The notes beneath the pieces are model-generated. The model was not told the DNA's origin and searched no databases. It saw nothing but the letters and a program-made list of their open reading frames with translations. DNA of 34,248 nt from Rickettsiales bacterium (GTDB lineage: Bacteria; Pseudomonadota; Alphaproteobacteria; Rickettsiales; UBA1997). A program made the translations under genes and the position numbers. Shown here one piece after another: positions 17,936 to 25,376 of this stretch. Position 1 is the first letter of the stretch. The number at the start of each line of letters is the position of its first letter. The stretch covers positions 1-34,248 of the forward strand of contig JAQTXT010000002.1 of assembly GCA_028688645.1 (NCBI GenBank), given 5' to 3'.

Positions 17936-18226
17936 ATGAATATTAATCCATTAATTATTTTAATAGCTCAAGTAATTTCCTTATATAACTTCGTTTTAAT
18001 AGTGTATTGCATTGCTGGATGGTTAATTAATTTTAATGTCTTAAATAAAGATAATAAGTTTGTGTCTAAAATAATGTTTATATTTGGTAAGATTGTTGAA
18101 CCAGCTTTAAATTTGGTTAGAAAATTTTTACCAGATTTAGGTGGCATTGACATTTCGCCAGTTGTTGTATTTTTACTACTTAGCTTTTTAAGAAATGTTT
18201 TGTTTACATATTTTTATGTAAAATAA
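17936..18226 (+). CDS. YggT family small membrane protein
   Basis: 96 aa with two hydrophobic segments. The central VEPALNLVRKFLPDLGGIDISPVV matches the YggT pattern (P..R...P..GG.D.SP). Confidence 0.8.
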   Translation: MNINPLIILIAQVISLYNFVLIVYCIAGWLINFNVLNKDNKFVSKIMFIFGKIVEPALNLVRKFLPDLGGIDISPVVVFLLLSFLRNVLFTYFYVK

Positions 18227-18244
18227 TTTATTTTTTAGAAAATT

Positions 18245-18694
18245 ATGAAAGATATTAATTTTATAATTAGGGATATTATAAAGCCAATAACAAAGAATTT
18301 TTCTCCAGTTTTATTAATTTTAATTAGAAATTGGAAAAATATAATTGGAGAAAAATATTATGAATTTTGCGAAGTTAAGAGTATTTCATTTCCAAAAGGT
18401 AAAAAAAATGGAGGAACAATATATATTAACGCCTTTAATAATGTAATTTCTTTTTATATTGAAAATAATAAATATTATATTTTGGAAAAAATAAATTCAA
18501 TATTTGGCTATGGTTTAATCTCTGATATTAAAATTAAACAATTACCGAAAGTAGTTCAACGGTATAAGGCTAATATTATAAAATTAAGCGATAACGACAC
18601 AAAAATTATTGATAATTTAACTTCTGATGTTAGTAATAGTGAGTTAAAAAAATCGCTTAAAAATTTAGGTGAGGAACTTTTTGATAAAAAATAG
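18245..18694 (+). CDS. DUF721 (DciA-like) domain protein
   Basis: NWKNIIGEKYYEFCEVKSISFP...GGTIYINAFNNVISFYIENNKYYILEKINSIFG fits the DUF721 pattern (W..ivG, a strand with GG.L.v, then an N..G segment). Confidence 0.6.
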   Translation: MKDINFIIRDIIKPITKNFSPVLLILIRNWKNIIGEKYYEFCEVKSISFPKGKKNGGTIYINAFNNVISFYIENNKYYILEKINSIFGYGLISDIKIKQLPKVVQRYKANIIKLSDNDTKIIDNLTSDVSNSELKKSLKNLGEELFDKK

Positions 18695-18707
18695 ACATTT
18701 AAAAAAA

Positions 18708-20714
18708 TTATAATTCTTGGACAGACTCTTGAATAAGTTCTTGAGAAAAATGTCTATAAAATTGTTTTTCAGCACTTTTTGGTTCAATATGTACAGAGCA
18801 ATTATGCTCTTTTAACTTATCAATTTCTCTATCTCTTATTAAGGCTATTATAGAAATTGCAGTCTCTGGCTTTTTTATTTCAATAGTTATACTAATATCT
18901 TCCTCTGAAGCTCCTATTGTATTGCCTTTAATTAATAATTTTAATTCTATCGTATTCTCATCTTTCATTTTTTCTCTTACTATACATGGACAATTAACAT
19001 GTTCTCTACCATTTGGAAATTTTTCAGATTCTGGCAATTCAGTGATTTGAGAACTCAAATATAATTCTCTTCTTTTTTGATCTTCTATTTCCCAAACTCT
19101 ATTTTGTGCAATCAATAAATTTTCTTCATCTGAATATCTTTTTCCTCTTCTGTCTTCTAAATTTTTAAGTATCGCGACATTTAAGATTCTATTTTTTGCA
19201 ATTTTAAAATCCTTTTCATGTTTTTTTAGACTACTGTTTAATTGAGACAGAATTGTAGAACTATTTTGCTTTATTTCTTCTATATTTTCACCTTTTATTC
19301 CTTCTCTTACTATTGTTGTAATAAGTATTTTAATATTAGCAGTTTTGCTAGTTTCCTCTTCCTCTTCTTTTGTTTCCACAATTTCTTCTTCTTTTTCTTT
19401 TTTAACATCTTTTTCTTCAAGATATTTTGAAATCAAATCTTTTATTATTTCACTTAATTCTTCAAATGCAACTGCATCCAATATTCTATATTTACCATTT
19501 TTTCCTCTTTTTTCTAAAACTTCATTTTTTACCTGTTGTTTTAATAAAAATTGGATAAGCAAGAAATAATTCTTTTTCTTTTTTTCGCACTCCAATAGCC
19601 TTTTTATTTTATGAATTTCCTTTCTTAGTTCTTTTTTACTCTTTATTAATGGCAATATTTTAAAATTATTTTCCTTTGCAAATGCATTGTATATCACAAT
19701 TTTTTGTTTTAGTATTTCAAATTTCTCTCCTTTTGAATCTTCAAAAGAAACAGAATGAGTGTTTATTGCTTTTTCTACTTCTTCAAGTAATTCGATTGCG
19801 GAATTTTGTAATTTGATTAATTTTTCATTAATAATGATATTTTTTATATCAATTATTTTTGCAATATCTTCTTGTGCAATTTTTAAAATATTTTCTAAAT
19901 TCATTGCAAGAAAATCACTTTCCAGTTCTTGAATCTCGTTTATTGTTTCTGTTTTATTTTTTAGTAATTCTTTGTAATTTGGATTGTTTATTATTTCATT
20001 AAAAATTTCAAATGCTTCATCTAAAGATTGTATTAATTGTGAATATTGTTGCCAGTCAAAAAATAAACTTTGTAAAATTTCTGGAGTATTTAAAAGCTTT
20101 AATGTTATTTTTATTTTTTTTATGTGTTTATCTAATTCTGTTGCGAAAATTTTATCAATACTATCAATATTTTTTGATTCTAATAATTTTTTTAATTCAA
20201 CAACAAGTAATTTTGTTCTAAGAGGTTCCTGAAAAACTAATGACAAGTATGCATTGGGAGCAATTTCTGAAGACATTTTATCTAAGGAAACTTTAATTGG
20301 AGAAATTAAAGATATTATTGAAACAAAATACGGAGTAATATCTTCCTCAGCCTCCATTCTTTCATATAAAAAATCAAAAAATTGTGTAGGTGCCACTATA
20401 ATATGTATTCCAAATTTTGAGTTTATAAAAATTTTAATACATTCTTCAATTTCTTTTCTTGAGAACTTTTTATTCTTCAAAAATTGTGTCAATTTATTAT
20501 AATCTTTTAAAAAGTAATATTTTTCAGTTTTACCTTCTTCTATATAACTAGTAAAAATATCCCCATCATCCAACACTCTACTATCAAGTAATTTTCTTTT
20601 TAATGCTTGCTGAACTATATGTAATTGTTTTGAAAAAATTTTAACCATTCTATGTACAAAATCTGAAGGCGTCAATACTGACGTTTCTGTTAAAAGAAGC
20701 TCTTCATTATACAT
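18708..20714 (-). CDS. large hypothetical protein (668 aa, Lys/Glu-rich, predicted largely helical)
   Basis: Uninterrupted ORF with an ATG start. It has long heptad-like K/E/I/L-rich stretches and an acidic run (KEKEEEIVETKEEEEETSK). No catalytic motif recognised. Confidence 0.65.
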   Translation of the reverse strand: MYNEELLLTETSVLTPSDFVHRMVKIFSKQLHIVQQALKRKLLDSRVLDDGDIFTSYIEEGKTEKYYFLKDYNKLTQFLKNKKFSRKEIEECIKIFINSKFGIHIIVAPTQFFDFLYERMEAEEDITPYFVSIISLISPIKVSLDKMSSEIAPNAYLSLVFQEPLRTKLLVVELKKLLESKNIDSIDKIFATELDKHIKKIKITLKLLNTPEILQSLFFDWQQYSQLIQSLDEAFEIFNEIINNPNYKELLKNKTETINEIQELESDFLAMNLENILKIAQEDIAKIIDIKNIIINEKLIKLQNSAIELLEEVEKAINTHSVSFEDSKGEKFEILKQKIVIYNAFAKENNFKILPLIKSKKELRKEIHKIKRLLECEKKKKNYFLLIQFLLKQQVKNEVLEKRGKNGKYRILDAVAFEELSEIIKDLISKYLEEKDVKKEKEEEIVETKEEEEETSKTANIKILITTIVREGIKGENIEEIKQNSSTILSQLNSSLKKHEKDFKIAKNRILNVAILKNLEDRRGKRYSDEENLLIAQNRVWEIEDQKRRELYLSSQITELPESEKFPNGREHVNCPCIVREKMKDENTIELKLLIKGNTIGASEEDISITIEIKKPETAISIIALIRDREIDKLKEHNCSVHIEPKSAEKQFYRHFSQELIQESVQEL

Positions 20715-20773
20715 AATGTATACCCTAAATAAAAATTATACTTCTGTCCATTATACAGAAAATAACTTCACTT

Positions 20774-21265
20774 TCAAGAGTTATTAAATTTTTCTTTAAT
20801 TTTTTCTTTTACATTGTTAGAAACGAACTTTCCTACATCACCACCTAATCTTGAAATTTGTCTAATTAAGTTTGAAGATATGAACTGTGTTGATTCTATA
20901 GCTGGTAAAAAAATCGTTTCTATATCATTATATAATTTTTTATTCATTGAAGCCATTGTAAATTCATTTTCAAAATCTGATATTGTTCTCAGTCCTCTAA
21001 CTATAAAATCAGCACTTTGTAGTTTTAGAAAATCTACCAACAAACCACAAAAAGGAATAACTTTTACATTTACCAATTTTAAATCATTAACATCTGCTTC
21101 GACTAATTCCACTCTTTCTTTTTGTGTAAAAATTGGATTTTTTCCTGTATCTTGCGCTACAGCAACTATTAGTGTTCCAACAATTTTTGATGCTCTTTTA
21201 ATTATATCTAGGTGCCCATTAGTAATAGGATCAAAAGTTCCAGGATAAATCGCTATTGTTTTCAT
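20774..21265 (-). CDS. coaD: phosphopantetheine adenylyltransferase
   Basis: AIYPGTFDPITNGHLDII (T/HxGH nucleotidyltransferase motif), 163 aa, and a late ISSNLIR (ISST-type) motif. Confidence 0.95.
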   Translation of the reverse strand: MKTIAIYPGTFDPITNGHLDIIKRASKIVGTLIVAVAQDTGKNPIFTQKERVELVEADVNDLKLVNVKVIPFCGLLVDFLKLQSADFIVRGLRTISDFENEFTMASMNKKLYNDIETIFLPAIESTQFISSNLIRQISRLGGDVGKFVSNNVKEKIKEKFNNS

Positions 21266-21281
21266 AAAAACCTCAAATAAA

Positions 21282-21557
21282 TTAAATATCTAAATTGTCT
21301 TCTGAATCTTCAGAATTAAAATCTACCGCAACAACTTCTTTAATTTCTGGAACATATTCTTTTAAAACACCAAAAACTGCATTTTTTAATGTGATTCCTG
21401 CCATTGGACAACCATTACAATGTCCTAATAACTTTACTTTTAGTATTCCATTATCATAATCAACAAATTCTATATTTCCACCGTCCATAATCAATGCAGG
21501 TCTAATTTTTTCTACAATTTGCTTCTTTATTTCGTTAATAATTTCTTCTTTATTCAT
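21282..21557 (-). CDS. NifU-like (Nfu C-terminal domain) Fe-S cluster protein
   Basis: RPALIMDGGNIEFVD and GHCNGCPMAGITLK (CxxC) motifs. ATG at 21555-21557 (MNKEEIINEIK) is preferred over the upstream TTG at 21611 in the track. Confidence 0.8.
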   Translation of the reverse strand: MNKEEIINEIKKQIVEKIRPALIMDGGNIEFVDYDNGILKVKLLGHCNGCPMAGITLKNAVFGVLKEYVPEIKEVVAVDFNSEDSEDNLDI

Positions 21558-21684
21558 AGTTGTATTTTTATCGAATAGAGAGAGTTTAAAAAGATTTTTT
21601 CTATATTTCAAGAAAAAACTTTAATATTATTTTTTTTGATGTAAAATATTAATCCGTGGTAATTATTAATAAAAAAATTAAAAT

Positions 21685-24285
21685 ATGGTAAGTATTGTAA
21701 ATTCAATTGAAAGTCTTGATGCTCTTATGAAAAAAGTTAAAGAAGCACAACGAAAGTTCGCTACTTATACTCAGGAGCAAGTCGATGCAATCTTCAAAAG
21801 AACAGCTCTTCTTGCAAATACAGAGAGAATTAGACTTGCAAAGATGGCTGTTGAAGAAACAGGAATGGGTGTTGTGGAAGATAAGGTTATCAAAAATCAC
21901 TTCGCCGCAGAGTATATATATAACAATTACAAGGATACAAAAACTTGTGGAGTTGTTGAAAAAGATTTAACTCATGGTATGGTTAAAATTGCTGAACCTA
22001 TTGGTATTATTGCTGGTGTTATACCTACAACAAATCCAACTTCAACTGCGATTTTTAAATGCTTAATAGCATTAAAAACAAGAAATGCAATAGTATTTTC
22101 TCCTCATCCAAAAGCTAAAAAATGTACTATTGAAGCATTGAAAGTTGTTGTTGCTGCAGCAAAAGCCGCAGGCGCTCCAGACAATTTAATTGGTTGGATT
22201 GATGAACCAACAATAGAGTTATCTAATGCTTTAATGAATCATCCAGACATTGATTTGGTTTTAGCAACTGGCGGACCAGGAATGGTTAAAGCTGCATATA
22301 GCTGTGGAAAACCAGCGCTTGGTGTTGGTGCAGGAAACTCTCCTGCAGTAATTGATGAAACTGCAAATATTGAAATGGCTGTATCTTCAATTATTTTAAG
22401 TAAGACTTTTGATAACGGTATGATTTGTGCTTCTGAGCAAGCAGTTGTTGTTGTTGCTGATAAATACGATGAAGTTAAAAAAGAGTTTGAAGTAAGAGGA
22501 TGTTATTTCTTAAAACCAGCTGAAAAGACTAAAATGGAAGCATTTATGTTCCCAGGTGGAAAATTAAATGCTGGAATGGTTGGACAATCTGCTTGCAAAA
22601 TTGCAGAATTAGCAGGAATAAAAGTTCCAGCTCTCACAAAAATTCTGATTGGCGAAGCAAAAGATATTTCAGAAGCAGAAGGTTTTGCTAAAGAAAAATT
22701 ATCTCCAATTTTAGGATTTTATAAAGCTGATAATTTTGAAGATGCCGTTAAAAAAGCTCACGACCTAGTAAATTTAGGCGGTGCAGGACATACTTCTATT
22801 TTATACACTAATCAACAAGTTCAAGATAGAATTGATTATTTTAGTAATATGATGAATACAGGAAGAATTTTAATCAATACTCCTTCTTCATTTGGTGGTA
22901 TTGGTGATGTATTCAATTTTACATTGACTCCATCTTTAACACTTGGTTGCGGTTCTTGGGGAAAGAACTCAGTAAGTGAAAATGTAGGTGTAAAGCATTT
23001 ATTAAATATGAAGACAGTTGCTATGAGAGAAGAAAATATGTTATGGTTCAAAGTTCCACCAAAGGTTTATTTCAAAAAAGGTGCGACTAGATTGGCGTTA
23101 GCTGAATTAAAAGGCAAGAAAAAAGCCGTTATCATCACTGATAAAATATTATTCCAATTAGGTATAACTAAAAAAGTTACTGACGAATTGGATAAAATTG
23201 GTGTAAAATACACAATTTTCTCTGATGTCGAACCAGATCCAAATTTATCAATGGTTAACAAAGCTATAGTTGTTGTTAGAAATTTTGAACCAGATTTAAT
23301 CATCGCAATGGGTGGTGGTTCACCAATCGATGCTGCAAAAATCGTATGGTTAATGTACGAACAACCACAGCTATCTTTCGCTGATGTTGCAATGAGATTT
23401 ATGGATATTAGAAAGAGAATTTTTACATTGCCTGATTTAGGTGAGAAAGCAGACTTAGTTTGTATTCCTACAACATCTGGAACAGGTTCTGAAGTTACTC
23501 CATTTGCGGTTATTACTGATGACTCAACAGGTGTTAAATATCCTTTAGCTGACTACGCATTCATGCCAACAATGGCAATCGTAGATCCTGATTTCGTTAT
23601 GACTATGCCAAAAGGATTAGCTGCTGCATCTGGTATTGATGCCGTTAGCCATGCCGTTGAAGCTTATGCTTCAATTATGGCAAGTCCATTTAGTGACGGT
23701 TTAGCATTAGAAGCCTTAAAATTATTATTCAGACATTTAGCTAAATCAGTTAATGAAGGAGCTGAATTTGACAGAGAGCAAATCCACTATGCAGCAACAA
23801 TCGCTGGTATGGCATTTGCCAATGCATTCTTGGGTATTTCTCACTCAATGGCTCACAAATTAGGTGCTCACTTCCATGTACCACATGGTATTGCGAACGC
23901 TTATGTTTTGTGCCAAATCATGAGATTCAATGCATCTGAAAAACCTACAAAACAAGCTGCATTTTCTCAATACAAATATCCTAATACAAAACACAGATAT
24001 GCTGAAATAGCTGATGCTTTGGAATTGGGTGGTAAGAACGATGATGAGAAATTAAACAACTTAATCAAAGCAATTCAAAACTTAAAAACTTCTGTTGGTA
24101 TTAAACTTTCTATGAAAGAAGCGGGTATCAAAAAAGAAGATTTAACGAAAGAATTGGCTAACGGTTTAGCAGAAGAAGCATTTGACGATCAATGTACAGG
24201 AGCTAATCCTAGATATCCTTTAATTTCTGAGCTTGAACAATTATATTGGAAAGCTTTTGAAGGCGAAACTGATTTTGATTTATAA
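21685..24285 (+). CDS. adhE: bifunctional acetaldehyde-CoA / alcohol dehydrogenase AdhE
   Basis: 866 aa. The N-terminal ALDH domain has the catalytic Cys context FDNGMICASEQ. The C-terminal Fe-ADH domain has GGGSPIDAAK and HSMAHKLGAHFHVPHG. Confidence 0.95.
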   Translation: MVSIVNSIESLDALMKKVKEAQRKFATYTQEQVDAIFKRTALLANTERIRLAKMAVEETGMGVVEDKVIKNHFAAEYIYNNYKDTKTCGVVEKDLTHGMVKIAEPIGIIAGVIPTTNPTSTAIFKCLIALKTRNAIVFSPHPKAKKCTIEALKVVVAAAKAAGAPDNLIGWIDEPTIELSNALMNHPDIDLVLATGGPGMVKAAYSCGKPALGVGAGNSPAVIDETANIEMAVSSIILSKTFDNGMICASEQAVVVVADKYDEVKKEFEVRGCYFLKPAEKTKMEAFMFPGGKLNAGMVGQSACKIAELAGIKVPALTKILIGEAKDISEAEGFAKEKLSPILGFYKADNFEDAVKKAHDLVNLGGAGHTSILYTNQQVQDRIDYFSNMMNTGRILINTPSSFGGIGDVFNFTLTPSLTLGCGSWGKNSVSENVGVKHLLNMKTVAMREENMLWFKVPPKVYFKKGATRLALAELKGKKKAVIITDKILFQLGITKKVTDELDKIGVKYTIFSDVEPDPNLSMVNKAIVVVRNFEPDLIIAMGGGSPIDAAKIVWLMYEQPQLSFADVAMRFMDIRKRIFTLPDLGEKADLVCIPTTSGTGSEVTPFAVITDDSTGVKYPLADYAFMPTMAIVDPDFVMTMPKGLAAASGIDAVSHAVEAYASIMASPFSDGLALEALKLLFRHLAKSVNEGAEFDREQIHYAATIAGMAFANAFLGISHSMAHKLGAHFHVPHGIANAYVLCQIMRFNASEKPTKQAAFSQYKYPNTKHRYAEIADALELGGKNDDEKLNNLIKAIQNLKTSVGIKLSMKEAGIKKEDLTKELANGLAEEAFDDQCTGANPRYPLISELEQLYWKAFEGETDFDL

Positions 24286-24304
24286 TTTTGAATTAGTTTT
24301 ATTT

Positions 24305-24335
24305 AAAGAGGTTCTCGAAAGAGAACCTCTTTTGT
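24305..24335 (+). terminator. rho-independent terminator of adhE
   Basis: AAAGAGGTTCTC-GAAA-GAGAACCTCTTT (12 bp stem, GNRA loop) followed by a T run, 20 nt after the stop codon. Confidence 0.75.
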
Positions 24336-24495
24336 AATAATTAATGCAGGAATGGTTTTATAAATTCTTCCTCAATCTTACAAATAATTTGTCTTAATAA
24401 TTATTTATGTTTTGTAATTACCTTATTCTGAACTATAGGGAATGAATTACAAAACCATTTCCGCAAAAGAACCGATATATACTCCGAAAAAATAT

Positions 24496-24524
24496 TTGAC
24501 AAATAAACCGGAACATTTAATAAT
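24496..24524 (+). promoter_or_regulatory. candidate sigma70 promoter (TTGACA, 16-17 nt spacer, TAATAAT)
   Basis: Perfect -35 hexamer at 24496-24501 and an A/T -10 around 24518-24524. It is placed just upstream of the structured segment. Confidence 0.4.
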
Positions 24525-24528
24525 TAAA

Positions 24529-24728
24529 TTGCCTACGGGCAAGAGTGATGGCTTCAAAAACCAAAAACTGTTTTACTATTGATATCGTTAGGCCTTTGTT
24601 GTATTTACTACAATAAATATAGCGGAGGCTTACGGTTATAATAGGCTATTTTATAGCTTAAAAGGCTGTAAGGGCTGAACAGTTCAGTTTTTTGAACCTC
24701 CGCACTTTTTTTAAGTGCGATTTTTATT
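24529..24728 (+). ncRNA. candidate structured RNA or cis-regulatory leader of unknown family (~190-200 nt)
   Basis: 5' hairpin TTGCC-UACG-GGCAA (UNCG loop, 24529-24542). A Y-shaped element is closed by GCGGAGG (24622-24628) / CCTCCGC (24697-24703), with the inner stem CTTACGG/CTGTAAG and the side hairpin CTGAAC/GTTCAG. It ends in an intrinsic terminator. Locally less AT-rich than the surrounding spacers. Confidence 0.4.
24701..24728 (+). terminator. rho-independent terminator ending the structured RNA / leader
   Basis: CGCACTT-TTTTT-AAGTGCG followed by ATTTTTATT. Its first 3 nt are shared with the 3' strand of the closing stem CCTCCGC. Confidence 0.65.
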
Positions 24729-24749
24729 AATTAAAAAAAGAGGTAAGAA

Positions 24750-25076
24750 ATGATGACTGAAAAATTAAAAGAACTAAACAATCTTTTAAATGAAAAAATC
24801 GATAATAGTAGTAGGAGGAAAATTGAAAATACTTATTCTATTGTCAAAGATGAAATAAGCGATATTGAAAGGAAGATTTTAGAAGAAAAACTTTTTCAAA
24901 TTGAAAAGAAGGCCTTTCAATATGCAACAAATAATAACTTTCGCATTAAGCAAGATTTAGCAACTTTACGAATGTTGTTAAGATTTATAGACAGAACTCA
25001 CCAAGGAAGAAAACCAGCAGAAACTATGATTAGAAGAGTTGAGAATTTGTTGGAAAGTGTAGTGAAGAAGAGTTAG
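24750..25076 (+). CDS. hypothetical protein (108 aa, helical, charged)
   Basis: ATG preceded by AAAGAGG at 24737-24743 (6 nt spacing). No family recognised. Confidence 0.6.
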   Translation: MMTEKLKELNNLLNEKIDNSSRRKIENTYSIVKDEISDIERKILEEKLFQIEKKAFQYATNNNFRIKQDLATLRMLLRFIDRTHQGRKPAETMIRRVENLLESVVKKS

Positions 25077-25376
25077 TATCTCGTATGATATCAGATCTCC
25101 GAATCCGACACCCAATGGTATCAAAATTTGTTTAATTCTCTGTGGTATTGGATTTTCTGTTAGCTTGTGTAGTGTTGAGTATTCACCCTAGCTATCTAAT
25201 AATATCAAAATTCAAATTACCACCGCTCAGAATGAAGTTTGAGGTAGTCTTGAGCATAAGAACAAGACCCAACACTGCAAGAGAGAAATAAAAATTACCT
25301 CATTTTATATAAGATACCTCTTGAAAATTCAAATATTTTGAATAAACTAACCCTAGAGAAAAACTACAAAAAATAT

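Noticed and set aside
19340-19430. Apparent GAA/AAG-rich tandem repeat at the DNA level.
   Set aside because: It is the coding image of the Glu/Lys-rich low-complexity run (KEKEEEIVETKEEEEETSK) inside the 668 aa ORF. It has no defined repeat unit or copy structure.
21612-21684. A possible FNR/CRP-type site (TTGAT...ATCAA) in the nfu-like / adhE divergent promoter, which would fit anaerobic control of adhE.
   Set aside because: Only the left half-site TTGAT (in TTTTGATGTAAAATATT) is present. No matching ATCAA half-site occurs at the required 4 nt spacing.
24529-24728. Whether the structured RNA is a known housekeeping RNA: two-piece alphaproteobacterial tmRNA, SRP 4.5S RNA, RNase P RNA or 6S RNA.
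   Set aside because: - There is no T-arm or CCA-type 3' end.
- There is no tag reading frame ending in a hydrophobic -AA tail.
- There is no SRP domain IV motif (GGAAGCAGCC-like).
- There is no RNase P GAGGAAAGTCC block.
- The 5' and 3' ends do not pair into a long 6S-like rod.
- This cannot be excluded without covariance-model searches.
24496-25076. Type III toxin-antitoxin architecture (promoter, RNA antitoxin repeats, terminator, toxin ORF).
   Set aside because: The gene order resembles ToxIN-type loci, but the RNA region contains no tandem direct repeats, only scattered AGGCT pentamers at irregular spacing. The 108 aa all-helical product does not resemble ToxN/AbiQ-type endoribonucleases.
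25077-25376. A TPP riboswitch or other known riboswitch upstream of transketolase.
   Set aside because: The conserved TPP-element blocks (CTGAGA ... ACCTGATCTGGATAATGCCAGCG-like) are absent. tkt is also not a usual riboswitch-controlled gene.
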